Program-made: the position numbers and the translations under genes
Part shown: in pieces, positions 29,028-39,600 of the stretch
Layout: every line of letters starts with the position of its first letter
Position numbering within the stretch: position 1 is the stretch's first letter
DNA from: a virus
Reading direction: 5' to 3' (one strand)
DNA: 64,000 bases
IMG/VR virus record: IMGVR_UViG_3300027754_003435
Notes under the pieces: model-generated
Database searches by the model: none
What the model was told of the DNA's origin: nothing
Seen by the model: only the letters and a program-made list of their open reading frames with translations

Positions 29028-30248
29028 TTAAATTCTTTTAATAGCACCAAAGTCATCACCAGCATAAACTTTTAATGTCATTCCATCAGTTTCAAAAATA
29101 TTTTTTAATAAATTTATTAGGTTTTCTTCGTCTGGATGTATATCAAACACGAACGCATCGTACAAATACATAGAGAAAATGGACTTTTTATCGTTAATAA
29201 CAGGTAAAACAGTTTTAATCTTTTTCACATTATATTCAGTTTCTAACGATTGAAGTATATAATTAAATACTTTATTCGGTGTTGGATCTTGAATACCCCT
29301 GAATAGTTTGCCATAGAAGTGAGAATCAACATAACCATCCTTTTCATACCCTTCCCACAACTGATCTATAACCACTTGTACACGTTGGAAGAATGGATGT
29401 TGAATAAAGTCTGATGTTATTCTACCATAGATGTTTTGAAACACTCTTGTTTTGAATGCGTCATACTCACCATTCATTCCTAATTCTACTTTTATTTGTT
29501 CATATGGGTGGTAGTCAAATTTATAATCTAAAATCCTTGCTAATAACTTAATATGGAAAGCGTCATAATCAAACTGAACTATTTTCCCACCTTCAAATCT
29601 TGAGTGAATTTTATTCCGTGTACCGTCTTTTTTATTCAATGCAGAAAAGTTAAAGTTATTCCAAGCATTGCTCGGTCTACTTGTTGCGGTATACCACATA
29701 TAATTTTGCTTTTTACGTTCATCACCAACAAGAATTTCATTCTTTTCTATTTCATAAAACACATTTGTAAAGTCATTGCAATAATCAATACATTGTTCGG
29801 TTATTGTCATTTCACTTCTAAACTGTTCAAACCCCAAAACATATTCCCCAATCTTCTTTGCCCACTCCAATTGATTCGCCAACGGTATAACATGACCTAA
29901 ATCTTCTATTCTAAAGAACTTAGTGGATAAAACTTCCATCCCCTTTGGATAAAATTCTCTTGGATTAATACTATCACCAGCGTAATAATGTAAATATGAA
30001 TTCAAATCAATACCTTCATTGAACCCATGATAAAGCATCGCTTTCTTGTTAAACACAAGAGAAGTTGGCGATAACTTAATATGAGTTAATTGAATATCGG
30101 AATCGAGTTCATCTGGATGTGTAAAGTTAATATACCTATCTGTACCATCGGTTAATCGAAAGTACAGACCAATTACTGTGGTATCAGAAGAATGCTTGTT
30201 CCAATTTGAAAGTAATGGAACACAAACGCACGATTTATCTTGAAACAT
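29028..30248 (-). CDS. Divergent family A DNA polymerase-like protein (polymerase domain only)
   Basis: TATSRPSN (TxTGRLSS-like), motif A FDYDAFH, motif B FKTRVFQNIYG, motif C YLYDAFVFD. Confidence 0.65.
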   Translation of the reverse strand: MFQDKSCVCVPLLSNWNKHSSDTTVIGLYFRLTDGTDRYINFTHPDELDSDIQLTHIKLSPTSLVFNKKAMLYHGFNEGIDLNSYLHYYAGDSINPREFYPKGMEVLSTKFFRIEDLGHVIPLANQLEWAKKIGEYVLGFEQFRSEMTITEQCIDYCNDFTNVFYEIEKNEILVGDERKKQNYMWYTATSRPSNAWNNFNFSALNKKDGTRNKIHSRFEGGKIVQFDYDAFHIKLLARILDYKFDYHPYEQIKVELGMNGEYDAFKTRVFQNIYGRITSDFIQHPFFQRVQVVIDQLWEGYEKDGYVDSHFYGKLFRGIQDPTPNKVFNYILQSLETEYNVKKIKTVLPVINDKKSIFSMYLYDAFVFDIHPDEENLINLLKNIFETDGMTLKVYAGDDFGAIKRI

Positions 30249-30276
30249 AAAGGTCAGTTAATATAAAACTAAAAAA

Positions 30277-30936
30277 TTATACGTCATATATACTAAATTC
30301 TCTTGGATTATTTAGTAGTGTTGGTAATATACGAGATTTTATTGAATATCTCTCAACAATTCTTAAATTAGTATCAACCACACCTGGTTTTATCAATAAA
30401 CCGTCTTTATTGAAAACATCATATTCTGGTCCTACTATTTTCCAGGGAACTTCTATCAACTCATACAAATATCTGTTTATGCCCATTTCGTCAGAACCAT
30501 ATCCAGCTGTTTGAGAGTAATCTATTTCAAAAAATACACGATTTGGCTCATTTCTTTTTGAAATAAAAAATCTTCTCATCTTTCCATCTTTTAATTCAGA
30601 TTCATTTATAACTCTACGAACTGCTCTTGGTGCTTGATATTTATAGAGTTGATGACTACCACCTTGCATTATTTTTTTCTTCTGACCTTTTACAACAGTA
30701 AATTGTTTCAAATCTAAATATCTGAAATATGTTTCAGTTCTATCTTTATATCTAATTAACCGTTTTGAACGAATTGGATCCCAATCTGGCTCACTAAAAA
30801 CTTCGCCAGTAGTGTATCTATGATAAAATCCAACATACTCTTCCCAATTCTCTAATGCCATAAATTCTTTTTCATTAGCAAACAAGTTTCTTTTTATTTG
30901 ATTTTCAGAATAATATATCTTAGCTCTTAAAGCCAT
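30277..30936 (-). CDS. Hypothetical protein, probably baseplate-associated
   Basis: Follows the hub gene; AGGAG upstream. Confidence 0.6.
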   Translation of the reverse strand: MALRAKIYYSENQIKRNLFANEKEFMALENWEEYVGFYHRYTTGEVFSEPDWDPIRSKRLIRYKDRTETYFRYLDLKQFTVVKGQKKKIMQGGSHQLYKYQAPRAVRRVINESELKDGKMRRFFISKRNEPNRVFFEIDYSQTAGYGSDEMGINRYLYELIEVPWKIVGPEYDVFNKDGLLIKPGVVDTNLRIVERYSIKSRILPTLLNNPREFSIYDV

Positions 30937-30962
30937 TCAAATACTCCTATTAATTTACTATT

Positions 30963-33095
30963 TTACTTTGGGAAAGCGCTCTTAAATCTAGCTGCTGTAT
31001 TTAATGTTGTTTCCCAACCAGCAGCACTTACTTTATGTTGTATAGTTGTTATCGTGAAAAACATTATACCTGCATAATGGGACGGAATTAAATTTGTACT
31101 TACTGCGTCTCCGAATTTCCAACCAGAACAACCATCCATTGTTACAGAAAAATCTATTGGATACAGAGCACGCTCCAACCAAGCGCCATCACTTCTGTTT
31201 TTCTTTTTTTCTGCCAATGCAGCTTTATACGCGTCACCCCATTGATTATTAAAACCTGTGTCTATTAATTGAACCACTAAATCAGCAAGAGTTTTATCAG
31301 CTTCTGAATCTTTCCCTACTCCACCTTTAATAGAAACATCACCATCGCCAGTACCACCACCTCTTGTTGTAAATGCTGCTGTAGCAAATTCAGCCGGTGC
31401 TTTACAAGATATTGAAACCGATTTAATCATCGGTTTTGCCATACTTGCAATAATTGAAGTAACACCAATATTCGGAGTAAAATATGTATCTTCGACTGAT
31501 AATGATGATCGTTTTACTCCTACACCACCACATGTACTAACTTCATCTACAAGCGTTACTGATAAAGCATAGTGTCCTCCTGCTGCATCATTTACTATTT
31601 TTACTAATCCATTCAAGAATCCAGTTAAATTTTTCTCATTAATATCAGTTGCACTATCGAGAAAGTGCTGTTTATACATTTCTTTAACATGATCACATGA
31701 TATTAAAATGTCACCTATATTTGTTACTCCAGTTGTTGTAGCTGTCCTAAATGTGCCAATTCCTGGATTTTGAAAAGTAGTTGCACCATATACTGCTCCA
31801 GCGCTATTAAACCACATACATTTCATGGGATAAGCAGATACTATTTCATACCCACTTGTCCAATTTTGATCTATATCAACTTGAGTGATCTTCCCTAAAT
31901 GAGTCGCTTGCACGGCCTTATCAATAAATTCGCCAATATCTCCAAGTTTTACATACCAAAATTTCTTAACTGGTGGTATAGCGGTAACAGGTGGTGTACC
32001 AGGTGGTGTACCAGGTGGTGGAGGTGGTGGTGGAGGTGGAGGTGGTGTACCGGGTGGTGGTGGAACCGCATCAATTGGTGGCACAACCTCTTCGGTTGTT
32101 GGTGGATCTGGTTGCCACGGCACACCCAACCAATAATATGTAGGTATCCATTTCGATGTACTAGGACCAGTACCAGACTGACCTGCCGTAACAGGAGTTG
32201 CAGTTGGTGGTGTACCAGGTGCACCGGCTGGTACTGGTGGAGGTGGTGGTGGTGTTCCAGGTGCACCTGGTAATGCGGTTGGAACAATAGGATTTAAGGT
32301 TGCCATATCTTCATCGATAACCGAAGGTAAGTTTCTACCGTTTATCGATAATTGTTTTGGGTCTAATGGTCCAGAAGCAGGCGGCGTACCAGGTGGTGTA
32401 CCAGGTGGTGTTCCAGGTGGTGTTCCAGGTGGTGTTCCAGGCGCACCTGCTCCTGCTGCTCCTGTTGCTCCTGTTGGAGGACCACCTGCTTTACCAACTG
32501 TACTCGTATCACCTGATTTTCCCAATGCAACGGCAGAAGCGGATACTACTGATGTTGTTGCACTAACAGACATATCAGTATTCACATTCCAATTAAAATT
32601 TGTTGTTATTCCTGTAAAGCCGAATCTCGATGCACAAGCAACTGCTGCAAATGTTGACCAACCAAACGCTATCCCAATTGGTCTTCCTGGACTAAAGTAG
32701 TTTTTCTCAATACCGCCTAAATTCATACCACCCATAGTCACCAATGGATAAACAGTAAAAGAAAAAGAACCTTTTATCATTGAACCCATGGGTCCTTCGT
32801 TTGTAACATCTATACTAGTTAGTAACGGAAATTTCGGTAAGTTACGAGTTTCAGAATACATAGTCAACTTACCTGATGAATCTGACATCAACGGTGAATG
32901 TGCAAACCCCAAACCAGTAGGACCTCCTCCAATTTTACCCCAACTTTTTTTACCGTATGCCCAATATAAACCACTTCCAACTCCATCACCTGGTGCTCTA
33001 ACTTTAGCACCCAATATAGCACCACGTGCGTTTGCTTCTGCAGCACCTGCACCTGCTACCTTTATAAAAACATTATCGTTATTTTTAAAAGCCAT
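30963..33095 (-). CDS. Baseplate hub / tail protein (gp27-like, putative) with Pro-rich inserts
   Basis: Lies downstream of the LysM wedge gene; C-terminal FSVTMDGCSGWKFGD...FTITTIQHKVS..GWETTL is typical of hub proteins. Confidence 0.55.
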   Translation of the reverse strand: MAFKNNDNVFIKVAGAGAAEANARGAILGAKVRAPGDGVGSGLYWAYGKKSWGKIGGGPTGLGFAHSPLMSDSSGKLTMYSETRNLPKFPLLTSIDVTNEGPMGSMIKGSFSFTVYPLVTMGGMNLGGIEKNYFSPGRPIGIAFGWSTFAAVACASRFGFTGITTNFNWNVNTDMSVSATTSVVSASAVALGKSGDTSTVGKAGGPPTGATGAAGAGAPGTPPGTPPGTPPGTPPGTPPASGPLDPKQLSINGRNLPSVIDEDMATLNPIVPTALPGAPGTPPPPPPVPAGAPGTPPTATPVTAGQSGTGPSTSKWIPTYYWLGVPWQPDPPTTEEVVPPIDAVPPPPGTPPPPPPPPPPPGTPPGTPPVTAIPPVKKFWYVKLGDIGEFIDKAVQATHLGKITQVDIDQNWTSGYEIVSAYPMKCMWFNSAGAVYGATTFQNPGIGTFRTATTTGVTNIGDILISCDHVKEMYKQHFLDSATDINEKNLTGFLNGLVKIVNDAAGGHYALSVTLVDEVSTCGGVGVKRSSLSVEDTYFTPNIGVTSIIASMAKPMIKSVSISCKAPAEFATAAFTTRGGGTGDGDVSIKGGVGKDSEADKTLADLVVQLIDTGFNNQWGDAYKAALAEKKKNRSDGAWLERALYPIDFSVTMDGCSGWKFGDAVSTNLIPSHYAGIMFFTITTIQHKVSAAGWETTLNTAARFKSAFPK
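31990..32066. repeat. Coding low-complexity poly-Pro/GTPP repeat
   Basis: GGT/GGA triplet arrays encoding PPPPGTPPPPPPPPPPPGTPPGTPP. Confidence 0.9.
32383..32441. repeat. 12-nt tandem repeat (GGTGGTGT[A/T]CCA) x5 encoding GTPP
   Basis: Directly visible in the sequence. Confidence 0.9.
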
Positions 33096-33097
33096 AA

Positions 33098-33433
33098 CTA
33101 CCTCTCATCATTAAAAACATTCAGAATTGCTGCTAAGCCAGTATACTCATCATAAAACGGTATTCTCAAAATAATACCAGATGGAACATTTAACGTGCCT
33201 TTTCCCAAGTTATTAACACGTGCAATAATAAACCAAAGACTTTCATCACCATAATATTCTTTTGCAAGAATATCAAGTCTATCACCTTGCTGTGATAATA
33301 TCTGAACATCTTTGTTATTTCTATAATCTGGATATAATAAAGAAGATAATCTTCTAACCCGTACAACATTACCATCTGATTCTGTTTTTTTTGAGTTGGG
33401 TATTATAGCAGATGAGTGGTATCTATTTGGCAT
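33098..33433 (-). CDS. LysM-like baseplate wedge protein (gp53 / tail X-like)
   Basis: GDRLDILAKEYYGDESLWFIIARVN...G..LRIP. Confidence 0.85.
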   Translation of the reverse strand: MPNRYHSSAIIPNSKKTESDGNVVRVRRLSSLLYPDYRNNKDVQILSQQGDRLDILAKEYYGDESLWFIIARVNNLGKGTLNVPSGIILRIPFYDEYTGLAAILNVFNDER

Positions 33434-33467
33434 AATCTACTTTTAAATTAATTGTACATTTTATAGA

Positions 33468-33475
33468 TATAAATA
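33468..33475 (-). promoter_or_regulatory. Putative late promoter motif TATTTATA
   Basis: About 34 nt upstream of 33433. Confidence 0.45.
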
Positions 33476-33623
33476 TCATTTTTTTCTATAATTTGTTGAA
33501 CTTCTTGTACAATAAAGCCAATTTGTATATCACCTATTTGGCCATGGGATAATTATAAACTATTTTAATGTCTATGTTAGTTTTCAGACTAAAAATAGAA
33601 AGAATTCAACCCATGACAATTCG

Positions 33624-36600
33624 TCACGGGGGAACGGTTGGGGGCGGACCAGATGATGGATCTATAATGGGAATTTCATTTACAGGTTTACCAAACTCTG
33701 CATCGAGTACAGGATTAGCAGCACCACCACTTGGCGGCAATGTTGGTGCAGCCTGTGTTAGTGCTTTAGTTGGGTCAACGTCCGCTAACACCGCGTCACT
33801 TAATTCAGCAACATTTGCTGCATCTAATGGACCAACATCATCGTATGTTCTAAAGTAACTAACTTTGTCACCAGATTTTGGAAGTAAACCATTGTTAGCA
33901 GAAGAATCATCATATAATGAGTAGAACGTACCACCTTTTTCTGGTCTATATACACCAACTGGAGTAAATCCAACGGAAACTTGTATAATTTTTGGTAATT
34001 GTAATGCACCAGGTGCTGATATGTCAGCTCCCTGTGCTAGTTTATCTTCAGGCAATTGAGCGGTTTCCCAATATCCATTAACATTATCAAATGAATAACT
34101 CAGAGAACTAATAAATCCTGGCATTTTTTTGAACAAATTACCAATATTCAATCTACATAATGGAGCTTTCATAAAACCAGATGCATATTCTGGTGCAGTA
34201 TATCCAGCTAAGAAGTTTAATTTACGCCAAGTTGCTTTCATCTCATCACGAGAACCTATATGTATTGTAAATCCAAAACTAACATCTCTTTCATATCCAT
34301 CATACATATAAATTGGGTCTCCACGTCCCATGTACTTGATCGGACTCCATGATGGCTTATGATTATCAGTTATAGTATCAAACGACGCTCTAAACACAAT
34401 TATTTCTGCTGGTTTGTTAGCTGTACCAACTATGTTCAAACTTGAAAAATAGAATTCTATTAAATCATGAGCACCTGGTATATTTGGATTATTGTATGCT
34501 CCAGTTTCATATACAACGTCAGAATTTATAAAACCAGAAGTATGTCTCTTAAAATCAATTATATTAATTCTGTCACCTCTAAACTTAGCACTACCGCCAC
34601 CAACTGTTTTTAATACAGGTACAGACCTACCACCAGAATTCTTATAAGAAACATTGGAAAGAAACGGAAGATTTTTTTGATTTTCTTGTTGTCCATGTTT
34701 CCCAAATCCATGCTTATCTTCTATATTGTTAGTATGATAGCGAGCAACTTTTGGATCTGTTGAAAAATATGCAGCCTTTTTTGTGTCTACCAAATCATGT
34801 CTAAAGTCATTAAAATCTCTTGACCTACCATTCTCACCACGTTTTACTTTTTGTAATTTACTATAGTTCAATGTCATGTATTGTTTTATTTTTTCTGCAT
34901 TCTCATCATAGTTACCGTCTGATAAAAGTTTACCATTTCTATCTGCCATATCTTTAGTTCTTGCCTTAACCCTATCTGCAATACTATCGTATCTTGGTTC
35001 AAATACTTTTGCTTTTTTTAAAAATTCTAATCTATCTGCTTGAACATAACCATCGGCACCAGCGCTAGATGCAGTATCATTTTCGTACTTAGCACCGTTC
35101 AATATGTATACCAAAGAATTCAAAATACCAAAATACTTACCGTCAGACGCCGCTTGTTTTGAAAGTACATCATGGTATTTTTTGTCAGTTAATGCACCAT
35201 AAAATATGTTTACCTTCATCGTGCTTGGAGTAAGATCACCATCTTTTAAAAATATAGGAGACGTTGTATAAACACCAAGATATGGGTGTGTTGCTCTATT
35301 AATAATCGTCGCACCATCACCAAGAGCAGAACCCGGACCACCGTTTTCACTTGAAATTCTAAGAATACTTACATTTCTATTATCGGAAGAGTCCTTTGTT
35401 AAAGTATTAAATGCGTTCGGTAATAATTCTTTCATCAATCCAACTAGTCTGTTATAATTTGTTTTATCGGAAGATGTTGGAGTTGCAAGCCCTGTATACA
35501 CTGATATATCTGTTTTTTCTCTACTTAATGTACTAATCTCATACTTGTTCAATGAATTTTCAGTATCTTCTGTATGAGCAGAACCATGTCTTGATATTCT
35601 TTTTAAAGCACTTAATGCACTTGTATTTTGTATCGTCTGTGTCAATGACAATTTATTATAGAACTGATTTATAGGTTTGCCACTCACCGAAGTACTACCT
35701 TGATTTGGATCAAAATCAACTATTGGATTCATTGCGTATAGTTTACTTTGACGGTCTTCCCATGCCTTTCCTTTGATAGTAGTTAGCCATTTCGATACGC
35801 GTTCAAAATCCCTATTACCTCTATCTTCAACAACTCCAGTACTTGCTCTAAGAAAACCAAATAAAGTATCTGCACCGCTTCCCCATCGCTGTGGGGTTTT
35901 TCTTCCTTTTGTTTGAATACCACGAGTAACAAACGGTTCACGTTTATCACCTGCTTCCAAATTCCAAGCAGCATCTACTAAATAAAATTTATCATATTGC
36001 TCATCTAATTTACCATTATTTACTGCCCATTTTCTTAAATGTCCAAAAACTTCACCTTGAGTATTAGTTGATTGTTTCAAATTAGTTTCATACGTTTCAG
36101 AATAAGAACCTGGCCTTGCTCCAGTTTTTATATTTGGAATCTGATTTTCTAATGTTGATGCAAGCGTACCATCTGCCCACGGTCTTTTACCGAGTGATAA
36201 TGGTGCAAAGTTCTCGCCATCTCTTGTAGTAGTACCAGAACTTCTTGATAATTGAATACCAAGCCTTTCTTGCGCTGTATTCGTATATTTTAAAACAGGT
36301 GATACTATTGGATATAAAGTTCCATCTGATACACTCATGTTTGTTAAGAAACCTCTACGTTCACTTGGTATAAAACCAAAGAAATTAGTAGTAGGTATAT
36401 CAATAACAGCCGACTTCGGAGATCCAGTTTCAGTAGAGTACGAAGAGTACCTAGAGTTAAGTTTAGTTTGTCCTTTATCTATAAAAAATTTAGTAAAGCC
36501 CAACGCATTTGAAAGTATAGATTGACCAATCGCTGTAAAATATTTTGTAGTTGGTGCTTTTACTCTACTTCCATTCCAATCAAATCGTGAGGAGTCTTTT

Positions 36601-39600
36601 AAATATCGTGATAAATCAGAATTTACTGTTAATTCCGATTGATCTGCTAAAGAGTGGAAACCTTTTTTAGTAAATTTATTTTCTTTATCAAAGAAATTAA
36701 CCTCTGGTGAATCTATCCGCTTACCATCCCAATCAAACCTTGATGATTCAGGTATATATTTAGTTGGTTCTTGTTGTTGTGCTAAAGCGTGGAAACCTTG
36801 TTTGGTGAATTGTTTTGTTATATCAAAGAAATTAACCTCTGGAGCAGTTTGACGAGTACCTGTCCAGTCAAATGTTGATGACTCTGGTACATACTTACTT
36901 TCTTCGCTTGTTTCTGCTAATCGGTGAAACCCCGATGTGGTAAATCTATTAGTTATATCAAAGAAATTAACCTCTGGTGAATCTATCCGCTTACCATCCC
37001 AATCAAACCTTGATGATTCAGGTATATATTTAGTTGGTTCTTGTTGGATTGCTAATCTGTGAAATCCACTAGTTGTATATTGACCACTTATATCAAAGAA
37101 GTTTATAGTGGGTGCAGAATTTCTTTTACCATTCCAATCAAACTCTGACGATTCTGGTACATACTTACTTTCTTCTTTAGTTTTAGCCAATCTGTGAAAT
37201 CCACTCGTTGTAAACTTACCAGTTATATCGAAGAAATTAACCTCTGGTGCTGAATTACCCTTCCCATCCCAATCAAACTCTGAAGATTCGGGTACATACT
37301 TACTTTCTTCTTTAGTTTGAGCTAATCTATGAAACCCACTCGTTGTAAACTTACCAGTTATATCAAAGAAATTAACCTCTGGTGCTGAGCTACCTACACC
37401 ATCCCAATCAAATTCTGATGATTCTGGTACATATTTACTTTCTTCTTTAGTTTTAGCCAATCTGTGAAAACCCTGTGCAGTAAATTGACCACCTAGATCA
37501 AAGAAATTCACTTCGGGTGATGAGCCACGTCCTCCATCCCAATCGAACCTTGAAGATTCCGATATATATTTAGTTGGTTCTTGTTGGATTGCTAATCTGT
37601 GAAAACCACTCGTTGTAAATTTACCAGATAAATCAAAGAAATTAACTTCGGGCGCTTTTGGACGAGTTCCATCCCAATCAAACCTTGAAGATTCAGGTAC
37701 ATACTTTGTTAGCTCTTGTTGTAATGCTTTTCTATGGAAACCTTTTTTAGTGAATTTACCAGTTATATCAAAGAAATTTACTTCGGGTGAATTATCAGTT
37801 GTACCGTCCCAATCAAATTCAGAGGATTCTTTTATGTATTTAGATTCGTATTTTTTAGCAAAGTTATGAAATCCATCTTCTGTGAATTTATTTGTCAAAT
37901 CAAAATAATTAACAGCAGGTGCTTCTTTTGTTACACCATCCCAATCAAATATCGATGAGTTTGGTTTATATTTAGTTGGTTCTTGTTGAATTGCCAATCT
38001 ATGAAAACCGTCAGTTGTATATTGTTTATTCAAATCAAAATAATTTACAGTTGGTACACCACTTGGTTGCCCATCCCAATCAAACCTTGAAGCACCATCT
38101 ATATATTTAGTATCTAAATTTTGATGAAATGTACTAAATCCGGCTGTTGTAAATCTGTTACTCGAATCAAAGAAATTTACTCTAGGTGCATCTGTTTTGT
38201 TACCATCCCAATCAAACGTGGAAGCGTCTTCAACATACATCGTTTCTAACCGTCTACTAAAAGAGTTAAATCCGTTTGTTGTATGAGTGTTCTCCAAATC
38301 GAAATAATTTACAGTTGAGGCATTTCTACGTGTGCCATCCCAATCAAACCTTGAAGCATCTTTTTTATATTTTGAGTCAAATAGTTCGTGAAATGTACTA
38401 AATCCTTTTTTTGTAAAATCTTTAATTGTATCAAAGAAATTAACAGCAGGTGAATTTGCATAACCACCTTTCCATGTATAATCGGAAGATTCTGGTATGT
38501 ATTTACTATCCAATCTGATTGGTAACTTACCGAACCCTTCTGTTGTATTAGCACGAGTCCAATCTAAAAAGTCAACAGTTGGTGCTTGTTCCCTATTACC
38601 AATCCAACCATACGTAGAAGAATCTAAAACAAAAGCACTTGAAAGTCTTTCAGTAAATATTTGAAATCCAGTATTTGTATACTGATTTGCTATATCAAAA
38701 AAATTAACGGGAGTTAGTTTCTTAAAAGTTAATTGTGAAGAATCCGTATTAAATTTAGTATCACCAATCTTTGCAAATTTTAAGAATCCCTCCGCATTAA
38801 AATCACTCATAAAGTTAACAGATGGTGAAGACTTTATTCCACCAGTCCAACCATATAATGATTTTCTTTTACCAGGTGTATCGTAATTTGTAACCATCAA
38901 TTGTGCATTAGAAATAAATCCATCAACGTGTATGTCAGAAAACATATTAACACTTTGAACACCGTTGGTTGAAAACAAAGACTTACTTGCAATATCGTTT
39001 CTACCTGATAAGCGTTGTGGAGCTAATCGCATAAGACTTAATTGACTTTCTTCTTGATCATACTTTGTACTTGTATTATAATTTCTTTTACCGGCAAGTA
39101 TGGTAGATTTAGGTACAGTTACTCTCGAACTTGCAACAAATTTTATTGGCTTTCCATCTAAATTCAATTCACTAATATCTTTTAATTTGTCTGTATTACT
39201 TTCTAACCTCAACACTTTAGTATTTGGATTTACAACAAGTCCTTCTTTAATAGTATCAGTTATTATGTTTGGTGTACTTGCTGCTCTTTCAAATGTAAGT
39301 TCTTTTTTTTGAAGTGCAATTTCTGGATCAATTATATTATTAATGGGAGAAAATAACTCTTTATTTATTATTATAAAGTTTGAATTCTTTTCAAACGATA
39401 ACGGTACTGAATTGATTTTTATATTTGGATTTGTTATATTATCGGTAGAGGAAACAGTATCAGTATTTATTTCTGGTGATTCTATATTTCTATCATAAGT
39501 TAAATTTGTTTTATTTATTTTCGTTTCTGGATTAACAACATTGTTTGATGTATTACCAGAATTTGGAGATTTATTTGGTGTTTTATACTCTTCCAATGAT

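Noticed and set aside
36560-38870. Regularly spaced repeats as a CRISPR array or DGR template/variable repeats
   Set aside because: The period is 132-135 nt, in frame, with codon-level divergence and no constant repeat/unique spacer structure. No cas or reverse transcriptase gene is present, and no adenine-specific mismatch pattern was evident.
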